A stretch of 64,000 nucleotides of DNA from Bifidobacteriaceae bacterium (GCA_963586845.1 CAVABN010000001.1:15584-79583), one strand, 5' to 3'. Shown: positions 1 through 10,879, counted from the stretch's first letter. The notes: generated from the sequence alone by a model not told the origin. Translations and numbers: made by a program.

Positions 1-1087
1 TCTGGCCGGTCTTGGGGTCGATGGACTTGACCAGCTCCACGAACCTGCACGCGGTCTGCGTGGTGTGGCAGTGGAAGACCGGGGTGTATCCGACGGTGAT
101 GACGGACGGGTGGTTCAGCACGACGATCTGAGCGGTGAAGGTCTTGGCGACGGAGGGCGGGTTGTCGACGGGTCCGGCGACGTCTCCCCTCTTGATGTCG
201 TTCTTGGCAACACCGCGGACGTTGAATCCGACGTTGTCTCCGGGCAGAGCCTGGGGCAGCTGCTCGTGGTGCATCTCGATGGACTTGACCTCTCCGGGGA
301 CGTGGGACGGCTCGAACATGACCTTCATGTTGGGCTTGAGGATACCGGTCTCGACACGTCCGACGGGGACGGTTCCGATTCCGGTGATGGTGTAGACGTC
401 CTGGACAGGCAGCCTGAGGGGCTTCTCGGTGTGCTTCTCGGGGACCTTGAGGTTGTCGAGAGCCTGGATGAGGGTGGGTCCCTTGTACCAGCCCATCTCG
501 GCGGACGGGGTCTTGACGTTGTCTCCGTTGTAGGCGGACACGGGGATGAAGGGAACCTCGTCGGTCTTGATGCCGACCATCTTCATCAGCTTGATCATGG
601 CCTCTTTGGCCTCGTTGTACTTGGCCTCGTCGTACTTGACGGCGTCCATCTTGTTGATGGCGACGATGATCTGCTTGACACCCAGGGTGGTGGCCAGGAA
701 GACGTGCTCCTTGGTCTGGGCCTGGGGTCCCTCGATGGCGCTGCAGGTGATGATGGCTGCATCGGCCTGGGAGGTTCCGGTGATCATGTTCTTGACGAAG
801 TCGCGGTGTCCGGGGGCGTCGATGACGGTGAAGTAGTACTTGTCGGTGTAGAACTTCTTGTGGGCGACATCGATGGTGACTCCCCTCTCCCTCTCCTCCT
901 TGAGGCCGTCCATGACCCAGGCGAAGTAGAAGGATCCCTTTCCTTTCTCCTCGGCCTCCTTCTTGTATTTCTCGACAAGGTGGGGGTCGATAGCGCCGGT
1001 CTCCAGCAGGATCCTTCCGGTGAGGGTGGACTTGCCGTGGTCGACGTGGCCGATGATGACCAGATTCATGTGCTCTTTCTCTGCCAT
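1..1087 (-). CDS. tuf: translation elongation factor aEF-1 alpha (partial; C-terminus lies beyond the window edge)
   Basis: Reverse-complement translation from ATG 1085-1087 reads [25 protein letters not shown]...[17 protein letters not shown]...AINKMD (GTPase G1/G3/G4 motifs). GGAGG lies 7 nt upstream. Absent from the ORF track because it is open at the window edge. Confidence 0.95.
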   Translation of the reverse strand, partial: MAEKEHMNLVIIGHVDHGKSTLTGRILLETGAIDPHLVEKYKKEAEEKGKGSFYFAWVMDGLKEERERGVTIDVAHKKFYTDKYYFTVIDAPGHRDFVKNMITGTSQADAAIITCSAIEGPQAQTKEHVFLATTLGVKQIIVAINKMDAVKYDEAKYNEAKEAMIKLMKMVGIKTDEVPFIPVSAYNGDNVKTPSAEMGWYKGPTLIQALDNLKVPEKHTEKPLRLPVQDVYTITGIGTVPVGRVETGILKPNMKVMFEPSHVPGEVKSIEMHHEQLPQALPGDNVGFNVRGVAKNDIKRGDVAGPVDNPPSVAKTFTAQIVVLNHPSVITVGYTPVFHCHTTQTACRFVELVKSIDPKTGQ

Positions 1088-1156
1088 TTCATTTCCTCCG
1101 TTGTTGGAACGCTAATTTTTTGGATAAAGAGGTTTTGTATATAAGGTTTGCAGGCC

Positions 1157-3448
1157 TCAGAGACCAGCGTAGTACTTGTCGTCGTAAGGCTCGGGGTTCA
1201 GTCCCTTCCTGGTCCTGATGTCCGTCACGATCTTCTTCTGAAGCTCGGGCGGGACCTGGTGGAACCCGGCGTTCTCGATGGACCAGATGGCGCGTCCCTG
1301 AGTGGATCCGCGGACATCGGACGAGAATCCGAACATGTCGGCGACGGGCACCTCGGCGGTGACGGTGGAGTCGGCTCCATCCTGTCCCATCTCGAGGATG
1401 GTACCGCGGCGCTGGTTGATCAGGTTGACAGCCCCGCCCATGTAGTCGGGCGGGACGCTGATGAACAGCTTCTGCATGGGCTCGAGCAGGATCCTGCCGG
1501 CCTGGCACATGGCTCCGTAGATACCGTCCCTGACGGCGGGGATGATCTGTGCGGGTCCCCTGTGGATGGTATCCTCGTGCAGCTTGGCGTCCATGAGGCA
1601 GACCTTGACACCGGCAATCTTCTCACCGGCGAGGGGTCCCCTCATCATGGCCTCCTCGAAGGACTGCTTCACGAGCTCCATGGTCTCGTGCAGGTACTGG
1701 ATACCCTTGGTGCAGTCGATCAGGACGTTGTTGTTCTTGAACGCGACGACGCCCTTGGCCTCGACATCGCTCATTCCCAGGTCCTTCAGCTGCTTGGCCA
1801 GGGCCTTGGGGTCCTTGATCTTGGCGTCCACATCGATCTCGTTCTTGCGGATGGCCTCCTTGACGGAGTCCTCCAGCGGACTGACGATGAAGTAGAACTT
1901 GTTGTGCTTGTTGGGCGACTTACCCTCGAACTCGGAGGGGTTGGATCCCTTGACGGACTCCTGGTACACCACGATGGGCGGGGAGGAGATGATGTCGACT
2001 CCCTGCTCGTTGATGATCCTGTACTCGGTGATCTCCAGGTGGAGCTCTCCCATACCGGACATCAGGTGCTCGCCGGTCTCGTTGTTGATCTCGATGTTCA
2101 GCGAGGGGTCGGCCTTGGCGATGATCCTCAGGACCTCGACCAGCTTGGGCAGGTCGGCCATGTTCTTGGCCTCGATGGCCTTGGTGATGACGGGCTCGGA
2201 GTAGTGGGCCATCCTCTCGAAGGGCTCCATGTCCTTGACGGAGGACACGGTGCTTCCGGCGATGGCGTCCTTGAGTCCGGTGAGGGCCACGATGTTCCCG
2301 GCCTTACACTCCTCGATGGGGGTCCTGTCGGCTCCGACCATCAGGGCGACGGTCTGGACCCTCTGGGGCGCGGAGTTGCCCGCGATGTAGAGGGTCATTC
2401 CCTTCTTGACGGTACCGGAGAACAGCCTTCCGATGGCGATCTCCCCGGCCTGCTTGTCCATGATGATCTTGGTGACCATCATGGCGACCTCTCCGTTGGG
2501 GTCGCAGTTCAGCATGTGCTTCCCGATCTCGGAGTTCAGGTCTCCCTTCCAGATGGTGGGGATACGGACCTTCTGCGAGTCGACGGGGTTCGGGATGTGG
2601 TTGATGGCCATCTCCAGAACGACGTCCGCGATGGGGATGATCTTGGCCAGCTTCTCCTGTCCTCCCTCCTCGGCGCAGAGCTTGAAGACGGTGTTCAGGT
2701 TGAACGGCTTGTCCTTGATGTCGTCCGCGATCTCGGGGGCGATCTCGAGGGCCCTCTTGGTGACCTCGGGCCTCTGGAGGTACGGGATGGAGACCGCCCA
2801 GTTGTTGAAGGCGGATCCCAGCGCGACGGTACCGTCCTGAAGGCTGACCTGCCACTGCTTGTTCAGCGGGGCGGGGAGGGCGTCCGCGATCTTCTGGTTG
2901 AACTGGGTGATGATCTTGGAGAACTTCTCGATCATCATCTGGGGCGTGAGCTGCTGCTCGACGATGGCCCTGTCGACCTTGTTGATGAAGAGCATCGGCT
3001 TGACGCGCTCCTTCATGGCCTGCCTGATGACGGTCTCGGTCTGGGGCATGATACCCTCGACGGCGCAGCACAGGATGTACACACCGTCCAGGGCCCTCAT
3101 GGCCCTGGTGACGTCCCCGCCGAAGTCGACGTGACCGGGGGTGTCGATGAGGTTGACCAGGTAGTGGTCGACCTCCTTGCTCTTGGGGTCCTTGTAAGGA
3201 ACGACCATCGCCGCGGATGCGGCGTTGATGGTGATACCCCTGGCGGCCTCCTGCTCGTCGTAGTCCAGCAGGCGCTGCTCTCCGGCGGTCTCGGAGGACA
3301 TCATTCCGGCACCTGCGATCAGGTTGTCGGAGAAGGTGGTCTTCCCGTGGTCGATATGCGCAGCGGTTCCCAGGTTCCTGATGTGGGTCTGATCCTTCAT
3401 CAGCTCCACTGCTTTCTTCGCGTTGTCTTCTTTGCGTCCCATGTTCAC
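1157..3448 (-). CDS. fusA: translation elongation factor aEF-2
   Basis: 763-aa ORF with AHIDHGKTT and DTPGHVDF GTPase motifs and the diphthamide-site HEDTIHRGPAQ. Position in the S12-S7-EF2-EF1a cluster. TGA stop. Confidence 0.97.
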   Translation of the reverse strand: MNMGRKEDNAKKAVELMKDQTHIRNLGTAAHIDHGKTTFSDNLIAGAGMMSSETAGEQRLLDYDEQEAARGITINAASAAMVVPYKDPKSKEVDHYLVNLIDTPGHVDFGGDVTRAMRALDGVYILCCAVEGIMPQTETVIRQAMKERVKPMLFINKVDRAIVEQQLTPQMMIEKFSKIITQFNQKIADALPAPLNKQWQVSLQDGTVALGSAFNNWAVSIPYLQRPEVTKRALEIAPEIADDIKDKPFNLNTVFKLCAEEGGQEKLAKIIPIADVVLEMAINHIPNPVDSQKVRIPTIWKGDLNSEIGKHMLNCDPNGEVAMMVTKIIMDKQAGEIAIGRLFSGTVKKGMTLYIAGNSAPQRVQTVALMVGADRTPIEECKAGNIVALTGLKDAIAGSTVSSVKDMEPFERMAHYSEPVITKAIEAKNMADLPKLVEVLRIIAKADPSLNIEINNETGEHLMSGMGELHLEITEYRIINEQGVDIISSPPIVVYQESVKGSNPSEFEGKSPNKHNKFYFIVSPLEDSVKEAIRKNEIDVDAKIKDPKALAKQLKDLGMSDVEAKGVVAFKNNNVLIDCTKGIQYLHETMELVKQSFEEAMMRGPLAGEKIAGVKVCLMDAKLHEDTIHRGPAQIIPAVRDGIYGAMCQAGRILLEPMQKLFISVPPDYMGGAVNLINQRRGTILEMGQDGADSTVTAEVPVADMFGFSSDVRGSTQGRAIWSIENAGFHQVPPELQKKIVTDIRTRKGLNPEPYDDKYYAGL

Positions 3449-3462
3449 AACCTTCGGTTAGA

Positions 3463-4056
3463 TCATCTGGCCGACTGCGCGACCCTCTCCATCTCCTCTT
3501 TCTTCGCTACCGAGAACGAGGTGATGTCTCCCTTGGCTGCGAGCATGAGCTCGTCCGCGAGGCACTCGTAGATGGGCTTCTTGTTCTTCTGGGACGCGGC
3601 GACGACCCCGACGCTCAGATTGCGGAGTGCGATGTCGAGCCTCCTCTGGGGGGCCACATCGACCGCCTTGGGGACGGAGATTCCACCGAACTGGAGCCTG
3701 GTGACCTCCTCCCTGGGAGCGGCGTTCTCCAGGCACTCGACGAGGACCTGGACGGGGTTCTTCTTGGTCTTGGCCGCGACGATGTCGAAGGCCTGGGACA
3801 CGGTCTTGTACGCCTTCATCTTCTTTCCGGTGTACTTCTCGGTCCTCATGATGTTGTTGATCAGCCTCTCGACGATGCTGAGCCTGGACTTGCCGAACCA
3901 CCTGTTGGCGTGCTTTCCACCGGAGTGGGGCACGTTGGTGGGGGTAAGATCGATGTATTTGGCGAGGCCTCCGTCGTTGACGATCACGTCGGACGTGTCG
4001 TACTTTCCGAAGATGAGGGCCTTCTGTGCCACGAGTTCGTCTGCCATTGTAATCAT
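3463..4056 (-). CDS. rps7: 30S ribosomal protein S7 (uS7)
   Basis: 197-aa ORF, typical uS7 sequence ([12 protein letters not shown]..., [10 protein letters not shown]). Its start overlaps the S12 stop (ATGA). Confidence 0.95.
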   Translation of the reverse strand: MITMADELVAQKALIFGKYDTSDVIVNDGGLAKYIDLTPTNVPHSGGKHANRWFGKSRLSIVERLINNIMRTEKYTGKKMKAYKTVSQAFDIVAAKTKKNPVQVLVECLENAAPREEVTRLQFGGISVPKAVDVAPQRRLDIALRNLSVGVVAASQKNKKPIYECLADELMLAAKGDITSFSVAKKEEMERVAQSAR

Positions 4057-4481
4057 CTCACGGGCTTGTCCGTCTTACCCTTGACCATCATGTCGAGGGA
4101 GACGTTGTTGACCTTGATAACCTTGTAACGGACCCCGGGGATATCTCCGTAGGACCTTCCCATCCTTCCGCCGATACCCTCGACCATGACCTCATCGTGC
4201 TCGTCGATGAAGTTGATGGCCCCGTCTCCGACCGCGAAAGCGGTGATCTGACGGCCGTTCTTGATGAGCTGGACCTTCACGCACTTCCTGATCGCGGAGT
4301 TGGGCTGCTTGGCCTCGATTCCGACCTTCTCCAGGACGATGCCGCGGGCCTGGGCCGATCCCTCCAGCGGATCGGACTTCTCCCTCAGCTTGAGAACCCT
4401 CTTCTTGTAGCCCCTGTCCAGCCAGCGGAATTTCTGGCGGTCAGTCTTCATTTTCCTTGCGGTATACAGACCGTTTCCCAA
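4053..4481 (-). CDS. rps12: 30S ribosomal protein S12 (uS12)
   Basis: Conserved uS12 core ([39 protein letters not shown]...[11 protein letters not shown]). I prefer the TTG at 4479-4481, preceded by GAGGTG + 5 nt, giving about 142 aa as in other archaeal S12. An upstream ATG at 4542-4544 would add 21 aa. Confidence 0.9.
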   Translation of the reverse strand: MGNGLYTARKMKTDRQKFRWLDRGYKKRVLKLREKSDPLEGSAQARGIVLEKVGIEAKQPNSAIRKCVKVQLIKNGRQITAFAVGDGAINFIDEHDEVMVEGIGGRMGRSYGDIPGVRYKVIKVNNVSLDMMVKGKTDKPVR

Positions 4482-4642
4482 TTTTTCACCTCGTTTATTA
4501 TTCAGTGATTGTAACGTCGATAGCCCAACCCTAGGGTCGAGCATCTAATGCAGGCGTCGCTAACGTAATCCCGTATATAACAATAGTCACGGGAAACGGA
4601 GCGTTCGCGGTCGCCCCTGGTACGGGACGGCCGCGGGCGCGC

Positions 4643-6472
4643 TCACTGAGAGAAGTCCTTGAAGGCCTTGACTGTCATCTCCGGGCTGACCTTCTTCAGC
4701 TCGGGATTCATCCTGATGATCTGGGAGTGCCACTTCCTGACCTCGGCCGGATCGGCGCCGTCCTTCCCGAGCAGTCCGTCGGGCAGGGGGATGCGCTTGT
4801 CCTTGCTGACGTAGAACCAGACGTCGCCCATCTGATCCTTCAGCAGGAACGGGATCGACCTGATCTCGACGCCCTCGACGGCTATCTCCCTCCCGTCGCG
4901 GACCTCGGCCACCTCCGCCGAGATCGCCCCGGGACCGACGGCGATCACGTTCTCGCCGGGCGCCAGCTCCCTGGTGTCGACGGTCTTGTCGATGTTGTAC
5001 ACGCGGCAGATGTGCTTCCCGACGTCCGAGACGCTTATCGTCAGGTCGCCGTGCGAGTATGATATCGACATGCCCGCGGTGTTCTCCACCTTCAGGAACC
5101 TCCTGACGGGGAACGAGTTCACCGTGATGTACAGCGAGACCTCCCTCGTCGGGGAGTCGAATACCGCGTTCCTGACGGGCGTGGTGTCTATCCTGGCTAT
5201 GTCGTCCTCCCAATCTGGGGTGAGGCTGACCTTCTTGCCGGCCCCGCCTATGAACACCGCCTTCTTCGACGCCCCGCGGACGTTCATGACGATCCAATCG
5301 GGGAGCTCGTCCACCTGGATCTCCTCCTCCCTGAACGGCTTCATCCCGTCGCCGATGTCGTACATCGCCACGGGGATGTTCCATTTCAGCTCGACCTTCC
5401 CCCCGCAGAACGGATACGGGCCTCCGAGGCCGTCCTCGTAGATGCTGCGGCGGTACTCCTCGCCGCCGATGTCGAACGTCAGGAGCTCGTCGGAGGGTAT
5501 GTCCCCCTTCCCCGAATAGTCGCAGGAGAACCCGGGTATGACGAAGAAGCGCTTCGATGCCAGCACCTTCCCGCCGAACACCACGGACACGGTCACGTCC
5601 CCCGTGGCGCCCTCGGCCGCCTTGGATCCGAAGCTGACCTTCGGGACGTCGTCCTTCCTGCCGGGCGCTTCGACCCTGACGATGCATTCCTCCTGATCGA
5701 CGTCCTTCGTCTCTATCGAGATCTCGGGCGCGTCGCTGTACAGCGGAACCTCCTTCCCTTTGATGAGCACGCAGGCGCAGGTCTCGGGCGCGGACAGCGA
5801 TACCGTCGCGGACGGCTTCACCTTGGGCTTCTTCGCCTCTGCCTTGGGTTTCTTCTCGGGGGCGACGGTCATCTGGGGCTTGTCGCGGACGCGGACGTAC
5901 CCTCCGGGACCGACCTCGACTGTGTCCACCCTCAATCCCCCGATCTCCAGGCTGGCTGCGGGCTTGGCGTCGACGAGCCAGAGATGCTTGTCCGAACGGT
6001 AGAGGACGACGGTGGTGTCCTCCGCCCTGCTTATGGGCATCCCGTCGGAGTTGAACATCAGCATTGAATGCTCGAACATCTCGTAGACGTCCTTCCCGTC
6101 TATGGAGAGCATGAACCTCCCGAGGGGGTCGATGCCCGCCTCCAGGATGTCGAACTCCGTGGGTATGGACGAGACATCGGAGTCGAGCGGGGACGATTTG
6201 AGACGTCCCAGCGCATGGACGTCCCCGTCCTGCTCCACGGACACCTCGTACTTGGCGCCCCTCCCGCCCTGATACTTCGGTACGAACAGGCTGATCCTGT
6301 CTCCGCGGACGTTGAGCTTCGGCCTCCCGTGGAGGAATCCTGATCCGTCTACCTCGGACGTCTGGGTCTCCGCCTTCTCCGGGACCTTCGCGGGCCCGGA
6401 TGCCTTGGGGGCTTCCTTCTTCCCGAGGAAGAACTCGTCGAAACTCATATCGGAGATGTTCTTGCCTGCCAT
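4643..6472 (-). CDS. hypothetical protein, 609 aa, no recognisable domain
   Basis: Long ORF with normal amino-acid composition, unlike the D/G/V/H-rich shadow ORFs. No TM segment or signal peptide. Lys/Pro/Ala linker (KKPKAEAKKPKVKPS). Lies directly upstream of the S12 operon and divergent from pyrG. Confidence 0.7.
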   Translation of the reverse strand: MAGKNISDMSFDEFFLGKKEAPKASGPAKVPEKAETQTSEVDGSGFLHGRPKLNVRGDRISLFVPKYQGGRGAKYEVSVEQDGDVHALGRLKSSPLDSDVSSIPTEFDILEAGIDPLGRFMLSIDGKDVYEMFEHSMLMFNSDGMPISRAEDTTVVLYRSDKHLWLVDAKPAASLEIGGLRVDTVEVGPGGYVRVRDKPQMTVAPEKKPKAEAKKPKVKPSATVSLSAPETCACVLIKGKEVPLYSDAPEISIETKDVDQEECIVRVEAPGRKDDVPKVSFGSKAAEGATGDVTVSVVFGGKVLASKRFFVIPGFSCDYSGKGDIPSDELLTFDIGGEEYRRSIYEDGLGGPYPFCGGKVELKWNIPVAMYDIGDGMKPFREEEIQVDELPDWIVMNVRGASKKAVFIGGAGKKVSLTPDWEDDIARIDTTPVRNAVFDSPTREVSLYITVNSFPVRRFLKVENTAGMSISYSHGDLTISVSDVGKHICRVYNIDKTVDTRELAPGENVIAVGPGAISAEVAEVRDGREIAVEGVEIRSIPFLLKDQMGDVWFYVSKDKRIPLPDGLLGKDGADPAEVRKWHSQIIRMNPELKKVSPEMTVKAFKDFSQ

Positions 6473-6584
6473 ACTATCACGCCCGGCCGTATGCCTCCCA
6501 TGTAGTTAATGTATCCCCGCGATTCCGACCGTTCCCGTCAGGTTTATTAGACATCGCGGTGTACCACGGGTCCCGTTGATTCGA

Positions 6585-8201
6585 ATGAAGTTGATTTTCG
6601 TCAGCGGAGGGGTGATCTCGGGCCTCGGCAAGGGCATCACCGCATCATCCATCGGACGCCTCCTGGAGTCCCGCGGACTCAAGGTTTCCGCCATCAAGAT
6701 CGACCCGTATCTGAACATAGACGCCGGCACCATGAACCCGTTCGAACACGGGGAGGTCTACGTGCTGGACGACGGAGGGGAGGTGGATCTGGACCTCGGC
6801 AACTACGAGAGGTTCATGGACCTCCACCTCACCAGGGACCACAACATCACCACCGGCAAGGTCTACCGCTCGGTCATCGAGAACGAGAGGCACGGGGACT
6901 ACCTCGGGAAGACCGTCCAGATCATCCCCCACATCACCAACGAGATCAAGCGCAGGATCACCGGCGTCGCCCGCGAGTCCGGGGCCGATGTGGTGATCAT
7001 CGAGCTCGGAGGGACCGTCGGGGACATGGAATCCCTCCCGTTCCTGGAGGCCGCGAGGCAGCTGGGGAGGGAGCTCGGCAGGGAGGAGAACGTGATGTTC
7101 GTCCACACCACCCTCATCCCCATCATGGGTTCCGTCGGCGAGGAGAAGACCAAGCCGACGCAGCACTCCGTGAAGGAGCTCATGTCCATCGGTATCCGTC
7201 CGGACATCATCATCGGCAGGTGCTCGGAGCCCATCAGCCCCGCAGCTCGCTCGAAGATCGCCATGTTCTGCGACGTTCCCGAGCAGGCGGTCATCTCGAC
7301 CCCCGACGCACGCACGATATACGAGGTGCCCATGAACCTCGAGAGGCAGGGCGTGGCCGATTACATCATCGACAAGATGAGGCTCGGTCCGCTGACATCC
7401 AAGAGGGACATGGACGGATGGGAGAGGTTCGTCGACAAGATCGTGAACCCGAAGGACGAGGTCGAGATCGCCCTTGTCGGGAAGTACACGTCCCTGGCCG
7501 ACTCGTACCTGTCCCACCTGGAGGCATTCACCCACGCCGGAGCGGCATCCCAATGCAAGGTGAGGATACGCTTCGTCGACAGCGACGACCTCGTCAAGGG
7601 CAAGGCGGAGGACATCCTGAAGGGGGTCCACGGAGTGGTCGTCCCCGGAGGCTTCGGCATCAGAGGGGTCGAGGGAAAAATCGAGGCCGCCCGCTACGCC
7701 AGGGAGAACAGGATACCGTTCCTCGGCGTATGCCTGGGATTCCAGATCGCCACCATCGAGTTCTGCAGGCACGTCCTCGGACTGGAGATGGCCTCGAGCA
7801 CCGAATTCAACCCCGACACCCCCGATCCCGTCATCTGCATCATGAACGAGCAGAAGGGCATCGTCGACATGGGGGCCACCATGCGCCTGGGCGCGCAGGA
7901 CGTCGTCGTCAAGGAGGGATCCAAGGCCTACGCCCTGTACGGGAACCAGTCTCTCATATCCGAGAGGCACAGGCACAGATACGAGGTCAATCCCGACTAC
8001 ATCGGCAGGATCGAGGAGGCCGGATGGAAGTTCACCGGCAGGTCCGAGTGCGGCACGAGGATGGAGATCGGGGAGCTGGAGGACCACCCCTACTTCGTGG
8101 CTTCCCAGTTCCATCCGGAATTCAAATCCAAGCCGTGGCACCCGTCGCCTCTCCACCAGGGGCTGGTCGACGCCGCCATAGCCTACAAGAAATCGCTTTG
8201 A
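6585..8201 (+). CDS. pyrG: CTP synthase
   Basis: [18 protein letters not shown]-terminus and a C-terminal glutamine amidotransferase domain ([15 protein letters not shown]). The track ORF starts 9 nt earlier at a TTG. Confidence 0.96.
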   Translation: MKLIFVSGGVISGLGKGITASSIGRLLESRGLKVSAIKIDPYLNIDAGTMNPFEHGEVYVLDDGGEVDLDLGNYERFMDLHLTRDHNITTGKVYRSVIENERHGDYLGKTVQIIPHITNEIKRRITGVARESGADVVIIELGGTVGDMESLPFLEAARQLGRELGREENVMFVHTTLIPIMGSVGEEKTKPTQHSVKELMSIGIRPDIIIGRCSEPISPAARSKIAMFCDVPEQAVISTPDARTIYEVPMNLERQGVADYIIDKMRLGPLTSKRDMDGWERFVDKIVNPKDEVEIALVGKYTSLADSYLSHLEAFTHAGAASQCKVRIRFVDSDDLVKGKAEDILKGVHGVVVPGGFGIRGVEGKIEAARYARENRIPFLGVCLGFQIATIEFCRHVLGLEMASSTEFNPDTPDPVICIMNEQKGIVDMGATMRLGAQDVVVKEGSKAYALYGNQSLISERHRHRYEVNPDYIGRIEEAGWKFTGRSECGTRMEIGELEDHPYFVASQFHPEFKSKPWHPSPLHQGLVDAAIAYKKSL

Positions 8202-8260
8202 GAACTTCTTAAGGGTCCCGCCCTCCGATGCTTCTGTCGGAGGGACGGGGCCTCGTTTAT

Positions 8261-9148
8261 TCACGCCCACTGGGCGTAAAGGACAAGACAACCGTAATAC
8301 TCGACCGAATCCCCGGCCTTGTATGCGGTTCCGGAACCATCCCTGGCGGTGTTCCAGCCCGCGAAGGTCTTCCCCTCGAGGGTGAACTTGTTGGCGGAGA
8401 CCGTCGTACTGTCCTCCGAGAAGGAGCTGTTTCCATCGGAAGTCTTCCCTCCGTTCCCAGAATAGTTGATCCCTTTGTTGAAGGTCGTCTGGTTCTCGGA
8501 GAAACTCAGCGTGACATCCTTCGAGCCGTCGTATGTGATCTTGATCAGAACATCTCCGTTGCTGGGTACGAAGGAGTGTCCTGTGTCCCCGGATATGGTG
8601 AACGTCCTCCCGTAGGTCTTGACCTTGTCCCCGTTGATGACCTTGTACTCAACATGGGAACCTTCAACGGCCATCTGACCTCCAGTGTTGTTCGACTTCA
8701 CCGTGATGGTCACCTCGCCACCGGCAGGGAGGTCCACGGCACTCATGAAGGCCAATTCCTTCCCGTCGTAGGTCAGTGTGAAATCCTTGTATGACGACAT
8801 GGAACTGACGTACAGAGACTTGCCCTCGTTCCAGATCGCATACAGCGTGACGGTCTTCCCGGTCGCGTAATCGATCGAGTCTCCCGGCATGTACTTGGAC
8901 CCGGAACCGTCCTTCTTCGTGTTCCAGGACTCGAAGTGCGCCCCTTCCTTGGTGAAGGGATTCGACATGACCTCGTGAGAGGTGAGGCCCATCGTGGACT
9001 TCCCGCTGGAGGTGGTCCCGCCGTTCCCGTCGTAGATGACACCTTCGGTGACATCCTTCGAGTCGTCATTGTTCAACATGGCGACCGCAGCGGCCGCGAC
9101 GACGACCACTACAATGATTCCTGCGATTACGAGCGTTTTGCTGCTCAT
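8261..9148 (-). CDS. membrane-anchored surface protein with two Listeria/Bacteroides-type repeat domains
   Basis: N-terminal TM helix (LVIAGIIVVVVVAAAAVAML). Two copies of the Y(D/S)GNGG...F.GWNT..DGSG..Y..GD....T.LYA.W motif flank a central beta-rich region. GC lower than the flanks. Confidence 0.8.
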   Translation of the reverse strand: MSSKTLVIAGIIVVVVVAAAAVAMLNNDDSKDVTEGVIYDGNGGTTSSGKSTMGLTSHEVMSNPFTKEGAHFESWNTKKDGSGSKYMPGDSIDYATGKTVTLYAIWNEGKSLYVSSMSSYKDFTLTYDGKELAFMSAVDLPAGGEVTITVKSNNTGGQMAVEGSHVEYKVINGDKVKTYGRTFTISGDTGHSFVPSNGDVLIKITYDGSKDVTLSFSENQTTFNKGINYSGNGGKTSDGNSSFSEDSTTVSANKFTLEGKTFAGWNTARDGSGTAYKAGDSVEYYGCLVLYAQWA

Positions 9149-9237
9149 GCCTCAGTTACCAGCGGGGATGGTATTTTATTCCTCGCCGACTGGCTCCGTA
9201 GAATCCGAAAAACCGTGGGAATCGGAGATTGTAATAA

Positions 9238-9253
9238 GGTGGCTTGCGCCACC
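9238..9253 (-). terminator. hairpin GGTGGC-TTGC-GCCACC downstream of the wHTH gene
   Basis: Perfect 6-bp stem seen in sequence. On the minus strand a T5 run follows within about 40 nt. Confidence 0.3.
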
Positions 9254-9282
9254 GGATGGTTTCAGACCGGCGTTCCGGTCGC

Positions 9283-9624
9283 TCAATCCTTCTTCAGGAG
9301 TTTCATGACCTCTGCGAGTCTGGATGCGACCTCTTTCCCAAGATCGGTGATGAAGACCCTGGTGGATCTCCCATCGAGGACCTGCTTGATGAGCCCCGCG
9401 GCCTCGAGGTCGTTGAGCTTGTACGGCATGCGGCAGTTCCTGGAGACCCTCTCGTAGAGATCGGATTTCGTGCACCCGTCGTGCTTGTAGATGTACACGA
9501 GGAGGGTGATCGAGTGGCTGTTCTCCAGAACGGCGACTGGATCCTCTTCGAGCAGGGCCTGGCTCCTGACCGAACAGGCGCGCCTGCGGCCGGCCTGGTC
9601 TGAATTGCTTCCATCGGTTTGCAT
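9283..9624 (-). CDS. small winged-helix (MarR/ArsR-like) DNA-binding protein
   Basis: 113-aa ORF. HTH-like segment CTKSDLYERVSRNCRMPYKLNDLEAAGLIKQVLDGRSTRVFITDLG. Confidence 0.75.
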   Translation of the reverse strand: MQTDGSNSDQAGRRRACSVRSQALLEEDPVAVLENSHSITLLVYIYKHDGCTKSDLYERVSRNCRMPYKLNDLEAAGLIKQVLDGRSTRVFITDLGKEVASRLAEVMKLLKKD

Positions 9625-9756
9625 CTCATGTGTTTCCCCCGGGATTCCCCCGGAACGCGATACTCCGACAACCGGAACAAGGTCATCGTATATCAGCTTG
9701 GAGACACATGGACTTCATCCCTTATATCAGTAAGCAACAGCTGAACCTGTGTTCCG

Positions 9757-10134
9757 TTGCGCGCCACAAATATCAATCATAAGAAGAAGAAACAGGGTTG
9801 TGTGACAAAGTTCACTGATTTATTGACGGAGAAGCACGGCTATGTCATACTGGCATACCTGCTCGAGCACGGCGAGACGAAACAGAGCGACTTCCACGGC
9901 ATCATCTGCAAGAACTACCAGGTCATAAAACGGAAGCTGAAGATCCTCAAGGGCTTCGGTCTTGTCACCGAAAGATTGAGAGAATGCGAAGACTCCCGGC
10001 ATCTGGCAAGTTATTGGGCGCTCACGGACATGGGGAGGGAGGTGTGCGAGCAGCTCGCGGTGGCCGAAGAGATCTTCGAAGGGCATATGGACCTCGAGAC
10101 GGACTCGATCGAGGAGGCGCCGAAGGAGCGTTGA
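9757..10134 (+). CDS. small winged-helix DNA-binding protein (paralogous architecture to 9283..9624)
   Basis: 125-aa ORF starting at a TTG. YVILAYLLEHGETKQSDFHGII...LKILKGFGLVTERL...YWALTDMG is wHTH-like. The true start may be the GTG near 9802. Confidence 0.65.
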   Translation: MRATNINHKKKKQGCVTKFTDLLTEKHGYVILAYLLEHGETKQSDFHGIICKNYQVIKRKLKILKGFGLVTERLRECEDSRHLASYWALTDMGREVCEQLAVAEEIFEGHMDLETDSIEEAPKER

Positions 10135-10243
10135 ACGGCCCGCCCGCGGGAACGGCGCGTCCCAGCTGCGAACGGGACGGACCCGCGGGTTCCTAAACCC
10201 TTATAATAAGGCCCCTCATAGCCTCGCTCCATAGGTGAACGAA

Positions 10244-10879
10244 ATGAGCGATGAAGACGACTATATGGCACTGCTCAACAGGGCGAAGATCGCATGCCCC
10301 GAGACGATCGAGAACCACGAGAGGTTCGAGCTTCCCGAACTGGACATCCTCCAGGAAGGCAAGATCACGATCTTCAAGAACTTCATCGACGTCACGGACA
10401 AGCTCAGGCGCGACCCGCAGCACCTGCTCCAGTTCCTCCTGAAGGAGCTCGGAACCCCCGGAAGCATCGAGGGGAGGCGCGCGGTTTTCAAAGCCAAGAT
10501 CGGAACCCAGCAGATCGACGACAAGATCCAGATGTACACCGAGACCTACGTCATCTGCTCCGAGTGCGGACTCCCCGACACCAAGATGGTCAGGGAGGAC
10601 AGGACGCTCATGCTCGAGTGCGAGGCGTGCGGGGCCCGCAGACCCATCACCGTCAGGAAGGGGGTCCGCGTCGACAACACCAACACCCTGCGCGAGGGCG
10701 ACATCATCGACGTACGCATCACCGATGTCGGGAAGAAGGGCGACGGCACCACGAAGTACCGCGACTACCTGATCATCGTCCCCGGCACCGTCAAGGGCGC
10801 CAGCGTCCACGCGAAGATAACCAAGATCTCCGCCAAGACCGCGTTCGCGGTCCCGACGACAGAACCCTGCACCCGCTGA
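10244..10879 (+). CDS. eif2b: translation initiation factor aIF-2 beta with C-terminal TRAM domain
   Basis: aIF2beta core including the Zn ribbon CSECGLPDT...CEACG. The C-terminal approx 65 aa (LREGDIIDVRITDVGKKGDG...VKGASVHAKITKI) is TRAM-like. GGTGA lies 6 nt before ATG 10244. The track ORF starts at GTG 10235. Confidence 0.9.
   Translation: MSDEDDYMALLNRAKIACPETIENHERFELPELDILQEGKITIFKNFIDVTDKLRRDPQHLLQFLLKELGTPGSIEGRRAVFKAKIGTQQIDDKIQMYTETYVICSECGLPDTKMVREDRTLMLECEACGARRPITVRKGVRVDNTNTLREGDIIDVRITDVGKKGDGTTKYRDYLIIVPGTVKGASVHAKITKISAKTAFAVPTTEPCTR

Noticed and set aside
65-3571. Long plus-strand ORFs 65..1144 and 1148..3571 (359 and 807 aa)
   Set aside because: They are antisense shadows of tuf and fusA. 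Their composition is D/G/V/L/H-rich and low-complexity, and they fully overlap unmistakable elongation-factor genes.
6645-8291. 548-aa minus-strand ORF opposite pyrG
   Set aside because: It is a shadow ORF with the same biased composition and is entirely antisense to CTP synthase.
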